Below, one piece after another: positions 48,177 to 60,177 of a stretch of 64,000 nt of DNA. Under the pieces are notes generated by a model that saw only the letters and a list, made by a program, of their open reading frames with translations, was not told the DNA's origin and did not search any database. The stretch covers positions 1 through 64,000 of the forward strand of contig NIVC01002881.1 of assembly GCA_002269645.1 (NCBI GenBank). Direction: 5' to 3'. This stretch comes from Macrostomum lignano. Its lineage: Eukaryota. A program made the translations under genes and the position numbers. The number at the start of each line of letters is the position of its first letter. The first letter of the stretch is position 1.

Positions 48177-50696
48177 TCAATTGTAACCTGCATGGGTCAT
48201 AATGTCAATGTGAAATAAACACGCAGTGAAATAAAATTGTCTGGTGGGTGGTGGTTGCGGCTGCTGACTGTCTTCAGAAATTGAGCTGATGGTAGCCGCG
48301 GCATTAAAAAGGCTAGCGCTCAGTGTAGCTTGGGTCGACGTAGTCGGAGCGCTAGGCGACGACGCCACGTAGTCGCTAGTTGCGCGCAACCGTTTTGGCT
48401 CCGGCTGCAGTTGCAGCTCCCCGGGTCCAGGGCTGCTTTCCAGAATTGCAGAAAGTCGTTTCCTGATTTTTTGTAGGAGATTCATTTATAAGAATAGGCG
48501 ACTAAATTAATAGAATAATGAAGAAATATTTTTTGGTAAAATTGAGAAGAGCGGCAGAAGAGGAAAGTATTAAAAAAGCGAGTAGAGAATGAGAGAATGA
48601 GAGTCGTAGATGTAAGTGGAAAAGAGAGAGAAAGTGGAAAGTTAAAATGGGGGAAATATAAAAGTGAGATGAGATGAGAGATGAGTATTGCTATTTTGAT
48701 GAAGCACTGAATAACTGAATCAAAATATTCTGTGCTTACCTTCCGTCGCGTCGTCCGTCATCGTCCTCTTCATCGACTAGGTTCGGAAGGCTGACGACTC
48801 GGTCTTCAGGTACGGGAAGAGCAGCAAGTCTATCTTCATCGTGCGCAGAGCAGCCAACGTCGCCACGAGATTTTTGGCCTGATAGAATTGTTCGGCGACA
48901 TCAGGTAAGTGCCGTCGAGCCTGGACGACTGCCTTTTCCTCGGAGTCCGTCAGAAATCGGTTGGACAAGGTCGCATGGGCTCGGCGGATGTGTGTTGCGG
49001 TAATCTGTGTTTTAAGGTAGATTACTTTTAGTATCGTGGGTTTGATGAAAATATCGTTGAATGGCTCTGGCCAAGATAATTCTTGGAAATTATTTTTGGT
49101 CAAACCTGATTTGAGCGATTTATGGTTAAAATTAGAAAGTGAAGCGAGAGGGTTACCTCATTTTTCCTTGACAATTTCCTGAGCAACAAGTTGACGCGCT
49201 CATTGCCACCGCAACGCGTTGCATACGGGCCGAAACCAACGTTGGGCTCAAATACTGCAGGAAGCAGCGGCTGGTTGTCTATGAACTCGCTTGTCAGCAG
49301 CTCATCGCGGCAGTTGGCCTCCAGAAACCGTAACAGCACCTGAAGTGCTGCACGATTTTCACCAGGTGGACTGACAGATACAGCACCGGCTGGCCTTTGC
49401 TGTTGACAACCTTGTCCTTGACATGTTTGCAGTCCATGAAGCTGATCCGTCCGACTGCTGCTGAAAGTATGCTGCGTCGATCACATGATAGAGGCGCAAA
49501 AACCTGCAGAAAAATAAAGTGGTTTAAATATAACTTAGGTAATATAATAATAATGATAATATTATAGGTAATATAATATTAATATTAATCATAGACGAAT
49601 GTAAAGCAAGTAACATATCTATGCAGAATGCATTCGTGTACATTTTAAATTTTTTGAAGATATTTGACAGAAAGATAAATAGTGAGATAGTAGATACACA
49701 GAGCAGACATATGAAGAGAGGAAGTAGAAAGGGACGAAATAGATGGACGAGTTGACAGACAGACAGCCTGACACATTAATAATAGGTTTAAAAAATCTTA
49801 CCTGTAGGCGTCGTAGCGCATCTGTTGAAAAATCATGTGCTGAACTTTGAATAACGTTCCGTAAAATCGGATCTCGTCCATCGAGATCTGCGAGTGCCCT
49901 CGCTGATCAATGGGAACAGAGAGAAGGCAGGAATTTGCGCGTGAAATTTCCAAGAAGTTTGCGGTTTCTTCATGATCTGAAGGCACCAAGCGTCATCTTG
50001 ACTTCGCCGAACTTCTGAAGTTCGATAGCGCCTCGACGCAATCTTCGCTTTTTTCGCTGCTCGAGACGTTGGGTTCAGCAGCAGCTGGTCAGCGTTGATG
50101 AGTAGTTTGCCGGTGCATTTTAATTCATCCAGCAGCTGATTGGATGCTTGCGTTGGCCGCAAAAGCCGTTCTAGCAGGCGCCTGATGAGCCACCTAAGGG
50201 CCAAAATCTGAATTTGGGAGCTTCTCCCGCCGACTTGATAGAGACATGTCGCTTCCAACACATCAAGATTTAAAAGGTCAGTCAGAAAGATGTCCCGACC
50301 AAGACCTGCAGAGACGCTACGCCAGATCAAATCAAGAGTTTTGAATCGAGACTCTGTTGCTTCAAACACAGCGACATTTTCTGACGTCTCCGCCTCTTCT
50401 TTCCGAACTGGTTCGGCCCTTATGTCGCGAGCGATACCTAAGTCGCTTCGATACACTCCAGTATCAGCTCGTAGCAAGGCAAACAGCCGGCGTCGTCTTC
50501 CAGAGTCTTTGACTTTTTCTAGACGAATCAGATGGACCAAAAGAAATAGGTCTTGCCAGTACGGCGCTGATTACATGCGTCTTCTTCGGATGGAAAAAAG
50601 AGGTTCTCGCTTGTGCAGCTCAAATATGTCTAAATATGACGCAGCATCCAGAAAGTTGTAAATCTCGCCATTTAGTCCCGAAAAATTAAGATACAT
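48177..50696 (-). pseudogene. Spliced tyrosine-recombinase-like (Crypton-type) gene, frameshifted
   Basis: In-phase exon joins 49802/49503 and 49157/49004. Box I-like QQMRYDAYRFL. Box II-like ITATHIRRAHAT...VVQARRHLPDVAEQFY aligns with XerD TPHSLRHSFAT...VVQELLGHSDISTTQIY, including the H-to-Y spacing of 9. Confidence 0.65.
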
Positions 50697-51352
50697 TTTA
50701 AATTACGCATTTTATAATACAAAAAAGTAGTCCTCGCTGTGTAACAATGAATCTCTTTAAAAATATTTTAGAATCCATCTTAGATATTCAACTTTTTAAA
50801 CATTTTTATGATTCTTCGATACATGAAGAGTCGAAACGTTGCACTATAGAAACTAAGCTTTAATTTTTCAATTAAGTGCTAGAAGACTAGGATGGAGGTA
50901 TTCAATACCAAAATTATGCTATTCGCTCTTAAAACTGTTTTCGTATACGTTTTGATTCACTAAAAAAATTTGCCACTTACATTAGATGGGCCAATGCCAA
51001 ATAGCGGGGTGTCGGATTGCTGCTGCTGCTGCTCGCCTCCTTCGCCTGCAGTCTCATCGCCTGGCGTCGTGCCATCAGCAGTCTGTTTTGGAAATGAAAT
51101 CCACAGGATTATTTTCTTATCAAGCAGGGTTAATGGTCTCCTATCCACAAACTTCTACTTCTTAAACTAACAGAAGGCACTTCAGAGCCATGAAAAAAAA
51201 TCAAGACGCAGATTCGTGCAAGTAGACAGTAAAACTTTTAAAAATTACTTCAAATACCTTGAGGTTGCGATAGGGGCCTCGCGGCCTATTCGCGGCGCCT
51301 GCGCCCCCCGTCAGTAGTAAGTAAAGTACTTCAAATTAAAGCCAAAAATTTT

Positions 51353-51825
51353 ATGGATTCGAACCAGTTCTACACGGCTTTGTGGCTGAATGGGCACGTT
51401 TTGGACAACTTTTGGAGGCAACGTTTTGCACCGTTTGCTTCGGTAAAGCAACTACAGCGGCATCAGGAAAGTTGCCTCCATGATTTGCAAGGATATTTGC
51501 TGTCGAATTTTGTGTATCCGCAGCCTCCCTTCTCATATTTCCCACAGCTAAGGGCCAAATACCTGGAACCATCTGGTCCATGAGTATGATGATGCAGCTG
51601 TTTAATCCGCATGCCATTCTGAACGTGGATTCGCTCTGGGCAGGAATGGTGCCGCCCTTCTTCGCAATCCCAAAAGCTTACAGATTTTTCAGCGACACTG
51701 ACCTTATCAGGGGTGTAATAATAGCCCTCACAGGCCAGCTTCCTTTTCCCTCGCTTACTCACTGTCGACTGGATGGCCACAGGAACTTCCATGTAGTACA
51801 AAATTGTGTTACAGACTGCTTCCAA
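51353..51825 (-). pseudogene. FLYWCH zinc-finger fragment (N-terminus of a MULE-type transposase)
   Basis: SKRGKRKLACEGYYY..DK....FWDC......SC..RIHV.NG..IK....H.HGPD; no DDE core seen. Confidence 0.7.
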
Positions 51826-51999
51826 TACCTGGAATGATAGTATTATGTTACTGATTTAGCACAGCAATACAGTCCTAATACAGTCGCTGATGGGTAAAAG
51901 ATATTGTCCGCGTACCCTCAGTGACACTGCAAGATAGGTTATCCACAGTGTGGCGCCTGCGCAGCCAATTCACGATATGTGAATTTAGCTTGGGAGCCG

Positions 52000-54486
52000 G
52001 TCCGACTATCTTCGGCAAGATTTTTTGTTTGATGGTTTTTTTCTGCATCGCTGTTTGGGGTTCTTTTTGCCTTATTTGTTAATCTCGATGGGATCAGAAG
52101 CATAGAAGCGGCCAGCTCTCTTTGTTTGCACTAGAGCTTGTTAAGGATCGGGTGATTTCTTTGAGCTGCTCTGGGTAAGTTTGGTTCGTTCTGAAATTCC
52201 TGTGCATTGGCATTTTGTGCCTTTTGAGCCAGCCTACGCCCAGGTCCACGATCCTGTCGGCATTTCGGCTAGCTCATAAAGGAATTTGATTTGTGTGTAG
52301 CTTAGGGCGCCATAGCATATTTTGACGGCAAGGTTTTGCGTTTGTTGGAGTTTTGTAATGTTGTCATTTTTGAGTACTTAGATTGGGGCACCTAGATTAG
52401 GGATATGTCATGGTGCTTTAAGAGTGAGTCTGTAGTCGAGATTGATGCCAAGGAAATTTACTTATTTTTGATAGGTCAGAGTTGCATCACCTAGTTTTAA
52501 TTCGGGTCTGATATCCCTTCTATCCGGGTTTGCTGGGGGCATAGTTAAAGACTGTGGCTTGACTTTTGTTTGCATTGATTTTAACACCCTGTTCTCCGAA
52601 CTATGCTGTTCAGGTACGGTTGTATTTGATTTCGGAGTTCCCCAAAAGATTTGGCGAAGCCCCAGATGGCCATGTCATCATCGAATTGACTTCTTTATGT
52701 ATTTGGGTGACCCGTTTGGGGCATTGTGCTGACACCCGCCATGAATTGATACAAGTCACTGAGGACGCTGTTGACCTTAACTTGCATACTCCTGTTTTCA
52801 AGGTAGTTGGAGCAAATCCGGGTGATGGCTGTTGGCAGATCGACTTGGAATATTTTGTATCTGAGATAGTCGTGGACGATTGTGTCAAAGGCGCCTTCCA
52901 CGTCGAAGAAGATGTCTAGGCATCTCAAGTGTTCTGCCTCAGCGACCAGGGCATCCTGGACGAGCCAAAATAGATTATCAAGTGTAGAATGGACCTTGCG
53001 GTAAGCACACTGATCACTACCCAATGTGTTGTTTGCTTCTAAGTGTTTCATAAGTCTTCTCAACAGGAGTTTTTCAAAGACTTTTTCTAAGCAGGATGTA
53101 GGCTAATTGGTCCAAAAGAGCTAGGTGATTGCAAGCGTTTGTTAGGTTTGGGGATCATCGTGACCACCGCCTGCTTCCATGTCGTGGGAAATATGCCTGT
53201 TTTGAAGCAGGAGTTGAATAGGTTGGTGATTCGGTTGATCGCAACACCTTCAAGGCCAAATTTAAGGACTTTGTTGGAGATTTTGTCAAGTCCAGGGGCG
53301 CTGTTTACAATAAGATATTAGAGCTCCCAGATTGTGTCAGAGGCAGTAAAGGGGATCTCCAATGGATGCGTTATATTGACAGCTGCCTTGTGGGATGGGC
53401 TTGAACTTGCACACATTTTCAACCTCTTCTTTAAAGAAAATGCTGGTGGATGAAATGGGATGCATCCTATTGTAGAGAGTGGTTGCAATGAGGTTTGCTT
53501 TGTCAATGTCAGTGTGAGCAGTTTCCTTTCCGTGGAAAGCGAGGGAATGGTTCCTGTTTTGTTTTTGCCCATGGGAACTTTAGTGTCTCTCCAGCAGTCC
53601 TTGATTTTTTGTTGTTACTGTTTTCGACTATTCTCTCACACATTTTGGTAAGTTTTCTAGCCCAAAAGGCATCTATTTTTCTCCTAATTACTTTGGCAAT
53701 CTGGATGGCTTTCCTTCTGAAGGAGTCATCTCTTGTCTGGTTGGAGATCCGGAGGGAGAGGTCTTTGAAGGTTTCTGGTTGGAAAAACCTCTTCAATAGT
53801 CTTTTGGATGACTTCTGTGATGGTTTTGGCTTCCTGGTCAATTTTGGTAATAGAGTCCAGAGGTGATCTTGTGTCTTCTTTTTTGTGAAGCATGTTTTCT
53901 CTTAAGGGGGCTTGAAAGGTGTCCCAATCTACTTTGTTGAAGTTTTTAGGTTTTTCCGGTCCTGACCAGACTGGTGGGGGAGTGGAGTTAAGGGTGACGA
54001 AGATGGGAAGATGGTCACTGCCCACATCATCTCCGATGTAGAACTTGCTTATCCAGGGGCTGAAGTCAGTTGTCGAAATGCCCAAGTCTAGAACGTTCCT
54101 ATAGATGACTTTGGGTTGATTTTATTGTTTGCTGCCTGCTCGTGGAGTTGCTTCCCTGCTCTGTTACAGCTACTCTCACTTCAAAGGAACCCATGCCTAG
54201 CATTTAGGTCCCCCAGCAGGAGGCTATGTTTGTCTGAAAGGAGTCTGGAGAGGAGGTTGGTTTCAAGCTGGTCCAGTGAAGAATTTCTGTAGACCAGTGA
54301 GAGTTTTTCGTAGGTCAGAGCATAGTTTTTGATTTGGACCTTTGATGAGTGGACAAGGAGGCCTTTCTTTGTGTCCTGGGTATCGAAACGAACAGTTTCG
54401 TAACCAGGAAATGAGCATGGTCGGGGGGAGCTGAGGACTGTTTCAGAGAACAGGGCTGTGATAAATAGGCAATTAGATAATAGCAT
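52000..54486 (-). pseudogene. Decayed LINE ORF2 (APE-RT; I/Jockey-like)
   Basis: SET..FPGYETVRFD, LLLGDLNARH, GSDHLPI, DQCAYRK.HST.DNL, FFDVEGAFDTIVH, QNLAVKICYGA. Many stops and frameshifts; 3' end approximate. Confidence 0.85.
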
Positions 54487-54489
54487 GCA

Positions 54490-57010
54490 CGGTGAGCAAT
54501 TATTTAGGCCCTAGACAAACCTACTTGGAGCGTTTGGAGATTTTAAAGCTATTAATCCTAATCGCCTATCGCCGGTCGGCGAGTCCTACCAGTCTTTCTC
54601 CAATAGCCGCAGGTACAGTACAAGAAAATAAAGAACACGAGGGAACACAACCGAAAGATTTAGAGAGTGATAATCCTATGTGATACAACTGATAATTGGC
54701 TAGACGATTTAATTCGGTTACTCAAGTTACAGGATTCAAGCAATTCGCGACGCAGATAATTAGACTGATGATAACGAATAGTAACGATTAATAATAATGA
54801 TTATACGAGTATTACGCACTGACAAGCGGATCTCAGCTGAAGAAGAAGAAGGAGGCACCGAACACAACCACGGAGAAGACTCCTAACCCCTGGCCTAAGC
54901 CAGAACCTACACTCAAACGAGAGCCCTGCCGAACCGACCGTTCAACGGAGTACCGACTAAGTTCTATCGGCACTGCCCTTCAGTGTAACACTGAGGCCCT
55001 CGTGGTCGAGGCCGCGTACTTGATCAGATCCGACAGTCTCTATCTAACCGCGCTTGATAGCGACGACTTCAGACAGGAATTTGCCGTAGACGTTACGCCA
55101 CAAGACTAAGCGGTTGGGCGGGAACAAAGAAATGGACCGGGGGTGATGAAATCAAAACGCCTCAAAGCGCGAACCAACAAGGGGAGGAAAATCGGGCCAC
55201 CGGCCGGGAACTGGACAAGACAAACCCGGGGAAAGGGAGCAGGCGAGATCCGATTGCCAAAACACACTTTCATATATAGTCAGAGTCACAACCCCTCAAA
55301 ACCCCCCTCAAGCCGGGTGGTGGTCGTCTGGCCGGCCGCTTGCTTAAGCCGAATTGCACTGTGCCCGCGGCGCTGGGTAGAATTGAAACTTGCCGCGTGC
55401 CAGGGTCCAGGCCGGTTCTGATTGGCTGACCGCGCAAAGCTGGGGTTCGCAGACAAACTCAACCCTCCGCTGAGTCACAAAATTGGCGTCTAACTCTAAC
55501 CTGTTTACGCAAAATTGATTCCAACTAACAAGGAAAAAGTACACCAAAAACGTATGACTAAACTAAAGTAAAATAATAATTCAATAACAATATAGAAACT
55601 AATGCAATCAATTTACAAAAAAATATACGCAAAGATGCTCACACTACAGGGCTATGCCTATTTTATTAGTTCGGAGCCAAAATCTAAGTTATTTCACTTT
55701 GGGTTTGATCCCTCTGCAGTTAAGCTGCACTATTTTGATACTTTATTTTTCACAATTGAATTGTAGTTTCCGCATTTATTTCTAGGTACCTGGTTGGCCG
55801 GACAGATGCTCTGCCGGCCAACTTTCCCTGGGTAGCGGGGCAGGATGGCCACCCAGACCCCGGGCGATCACCTCTATAAGAGTTAGAAATCTGAACTTTA
55901 CCTTAAGTTAGAAGATACGTAGATAGAAATTTATGAAAAGTCCAGGCACAGTGAAGGGCGAGGCAGGAAAGCACAATAGAGCCTCTAGTTACTTATGAGA
56001 ACAGCCAACAGAAGCAGCTTTAAGATAATTAATCAGCTGTCAATCAATTTGAATAGCCGAATCTAATTAAGTCCCTTTCCATTCCAGTCAGTAGCGACAC
56101 CCCGCCGCAGGAACAATGGCGATTAAACTGGCTGGGAGAAGCGGCCCAGCTTAGAGAACAACGCGGCACGCGGCGTCTTCTGGCGCACCCTGAGGGAGAA
56201 AACGTGAGGCCCACCTACAGACTCCTATCCAACCTGAAGTGGCCCAAGAAGGCGAGATCAACCCCCAAGCTGCCTGACAACCGAGAGAAATAGAGAACTG
56301 TTTAATCTTCAATGGACAGATTTAAGAGACGGAAAATTAAGCTCTTTTTCTATAATCTTTCTATCCCAAATTTTATCCAACTTAACACATAGATTTGCGA
56401 AACTCCGAATAATCTCTAACCCTCACGCTTAGCAACCTACTAGAACTAACCAAATTCATGTTCAACTAGGGTACTGAGTCCCAGATTTTTATTGCTTAAA
56501 AAACCCCGCCGTTGCTAACCACGCGAAGACACCCCACCCGCGGCGATGGGGAGGTCAAAAATGCTAATTGGTATAAATAGACGTCCATCTCAAACTGGAG
56601 CGGCGCTTCGTTTTCTTGCCCAGTTTTCGATCTCGAATTGCTCCCTTTGAATTGGTCTCTGGATTATCCAGTCGGCACAAATCTAAGTCTTCAATATAAT
56701 CATTTGTCTTAATTGCCGCGCAGAGCAAATCCTAGAGAGACTCAAACTCAGCTTAGATACTAGGAGATCCCGTCGGTTTATACGGTTTTCTCTGACGGCC
56801 TGATTGGAGAAATTAGAGCTGTACAAACCTTAGACCGCTAGACATCTATCTTAAAAAAGTGAGAACACAAACTCAAAGGCCCCGGGGATAAACGCGTATA
56901 ACCTCTGCCAGCTGCGGGTTTACCACATCCGACACCGTTTGACAGGCATCGGCTGCGGCAAATGGACCCGACGCTGACCCAGCCAGAGTCCTGGTGACCA
57001 TCTCAATCAC
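54490..57010. other. Unassigned ~2.5-kb insertion splitting the LINE endonuclease domain
   Basis: APE motif I (NILQL, ~57065) and the following SET motif (~54450) are separated by non-coding DNA with CCAAT and TATA-like words; boundaries approximate. Confidence 0.5.
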
Positions 57011-57039
57011 CAATTGAACTGTTGCAGGCACCAGCCCAC

Positions 57040-58357
57040 TTACCAGTACTTGAATGTCAATTGCAGGATGTTGGACCGGGTCTGGTTGTCGGCCGGAAGT
57101 GCGCTCTGGGTAGGAGCTGAGACTGGCGGTGGCAGCGGCGGCGGCGGTAGCGCTGAGTCGGCAGTTTGTTGGCGTTGGCGTTCGAGCTCCGTCTCCGCAG
57201 CCTCACGGCAGCGGCTTGTCTGGTGGCGGAGTCGCGCATTTTGTTGGCGTGGCTGGTGGTTCTGTAGGCCTCTCCAAAGTTGACGCAATGCGGCTCCTCC
57301 GGTCTGGGGCAGTCTTTCCAGTGGTGAGTTCAGAACAGATCCGGCAGGCAATGCCCCCCTCGCATACTCGTGCCGAGTGTCCAAAGGCCTGGCATCGCTG
57401 GCATTGCTACTCTCTCACTGGTGTCATCGTGCGGCTCACCTCGCAAGGGTAGTGGCAGAAGTCCGTTGAGATGCCGTCAGCAATGCACCGTGCCGCCAGG
57501 GAAGGGACTCGTCATTGGTGAAGGCACTAAGCATTTGGGTCGAATACCCAGTGTTTTTTATCTGATTCTTCAGACGCTCTCGATGTTGAGCCCGAGGTCG
57601 CCTTTGAGCATCTGCAGGAATCCGGCCTCCTGAATGTTGGTCGGGACGTCGTGGATGACAAAGGTCACATGGTAGTTCGATAGATGGTATGGCAGCGAAG
57701 ATTCTGCACTGCGTTGCGCGTGTATTTATATGATTATAACAAACAGTGCGAGATTGAAGGGCCAAGGGAGGTGCAAAAAGGTGGCGTGGCGTGATTGGCT
57801 ACGCCAACCCCCCCCCCCGGCTTAGCGAGCCGGCTAGCTTGGCGCGTACCCACCCCACCTCAGCTAGACAGAGGCGGGGGGGTTTCCAGTGCGGCTGCAC
57901 TGGTGCTGCCGGTCGCGTAGTCTGGCCGCCACAATGGGATCTTTTTCCTTGCTGTACTTGGTTGACCTTAGTCTGTTGGTCAGCACTGAGGCTGTTGTTA
58001 AGTGGCCTGGCCCTGGGAGCGGCCTGGTGACTAGTTCGTCGCCTAGCAACGGCACTCTTAGTTCACCGTGTAGCAAAATCTCGTGATTTCGAGTCGTGAC
58101 CGGTGTCAACACAAAGCCGGTGCCGTTAGCCAAGGGCTTAGTTTGGATGGTTAGTTTGGATTAGTTTGGATGGAACCTTGGAAGTTTGCTGCCAGCCACT
58201 CCAGAAACTTCAGCTGGTCACCAGCCGCGTCAGCGTCTACTTCAAAGACTGGTGTGGCTTCGGAGGTTTGCCTAGTTGGAGGAGGACGAGGTGCTATGGT
58301 CACGCTCGCGTATGACCGGAAGTCACCGCCTGGAGTCGCTGCCGCTGCTGTTGCCAC
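57040..58357 (-). pseudogene. Decayed LINE ORF1 (gag-like, Zn knuckles) plus the start of ORF2
   Basis: SYASVT N-terminal motif; CQRCQAFGHSARVC and two further degenerate knuckles (~57400-57270); followed by ILQL at the start of the APE domain. Confidence 0.65.
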
Positions 58358-59280
58358 GCCAACGCTGTTCCGGAACGCTGTCGTCGCCGTGCCGTCGCCT
58401 TCGCCGCCGCAGCCGCCTCGTCGTTGTCGTCAACAGCCATGGACGTAGGACCATTGTTCGCTTCGCTAGTGACACGGAGGGTGAGTGAGACTCGTACACC
58501 TTCTTGCTTCCTGCATTCTGGCACAGAGTACTGGCAGTGCTGCTGCGTAGATCCAGACATGAGGATTACAGAGCCTGGTGTGGTCCTAAATTTTGATCCA
58601 GAAAGACCTGATCGCGCCCAAGGAGAAAGGAGACTGTGGCGATGTAGGGACGCTGGCCAATCTCGGGTTCATTGTCGGCGTGAAGGGATCCTTTCTGATG
58701 CCGTAGTGTAGAAGTTAACTAGGCATGAGTTAAATTCTGGTGCTGGGAGGTTGGCTTTGTTGATGAGGAATTGCTTAATTTTTTCTACTACAGGGGGCCA
58801 GTTGTTGTTAGGCTAGAGCGGAACACCCAAATAAGAGTACTGCGGCCCATACCAGTCGACCAGGCGGCGCTCATGTTGGCGGTGCTTAAAAGCTAGAGGC
58901 AGGACATCCTGGATGAGTTGTTGGTAGCAGTCGTCAGCCACTGACTGCAGCATGTTAGGGAAGCACTTGATCCGAGCGTCGTGTCTGTACCGTATTTTTC
59001 AGCCTCCGTGACATCCGGGGAGTCCGGGAACTGAAGGTGAGTAGTCGGTCCGGATGCATTCTGCAGGACGAAGTCGTCCATTCCAGCGATCGCCTCTGTG
59101 AAGCCATCTTCCTTACGACATCTTTTGCTCGTCGGTTGCGATGATTTGGTGTTCGAATCTTGATTGGACATTATAATATGAAAAATAAAACTATAACTAT
59201 AAAACTAATAATCTGGTAGCGATGCTCGTTTAATAAGTAATAGAAAAATAAAGGTTGACACCAACATACAAGTAAATGTA

Positions 59281-59321
59281 TAGTCAACGCGTTTCGACAC
59301 AAGCGGTCATCTTCAGGGCTT
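59281..59321 (-). ncRNA. Minimal type I hammerhead ribozyme motif (Penelope-like retroelement type)
   Basis: Minus strand agcc CUGAAGA U GAC-cgcuugu-GUC GAAAC GC GUU gacu: catalytic core, 3-bp stem II, palindromic ACGCGU stem III, and one mismatch in stem I. Confidence 0.65.
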
Positions 59322-60177
59322 GCACACATGGTCCACAATTCCGTATATATTTAAATAAAGCAAATAAAAAACTAAACAAGGCAATAGAGGAATTGGTTCA
59401 GTCAGGTCGATAATTGTATATTAGGGGACGAAACTAAATTAAATTACTAGGCCTTCACACATTGGCGAAGAGAGAGACCAACACCAAGCCTAGAAAACTT
59501 TGAGCTGTAAACTCGCTGGTGTACTGGTTTTTTTCAGAGGAGGCAGGGGTCTGGGTGCATGTGATTTCCCCACAAACATGGACCCAACGCACAATGATGA
59601 AATCATTGCACTTTGGACTAACAAGACAAAGAAGGCCTTGTCATGTGACTGACTCACATGAAAAGGGAAAAAAAGGCCCACTGTTAAAGCCACCAGTGAC
59701 CTTGGGATCGGAAAACAGAGCGACACTCCAACAGTGGAAGTGCCAAACCGAGAACGAAACAGGCAGGCCAGACCAAGCTGTCTGGGCACTGCAAACGAGA
59801 GCAAGCGAGCGAGGACAAAAGAGCGGACCCGAGCAAATGCCCAGCGGCAGACAGAAGCCCTGGGCGAATGCGAGGGAGACTGTTGACTAGTGCGACGCCT
59901 AAACTAAACTAGCGGCCCATACACTCTTTCCGTTCAAATAAAGAGGCGGAGCGAAGCGGAGTCCGCTTTATTTAAAATCAAATACGGTGAAGTTTAATAA
60001 AAGAAAATTAGCGACGTATTAATAAGCGTGACGAGAACAAAATGCTGTTAGGCTGCACTACTCGTACTGCCTGAGATCGTAGTCCGGTACTGCGGGGGCG
60101 CTGGCCCGCTATGAAGCGTCTACATATCGAGTAAAGGAAAAAGGATGGGGTCGCGCTTTGAGAATGGTGCCTAAATG

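Noticed and set aside
50185-50210. CTGATGAG hammerhead core
   Set aside because: Followed by CAAAA rather than GAAA, and lies inside the YR coding exon.
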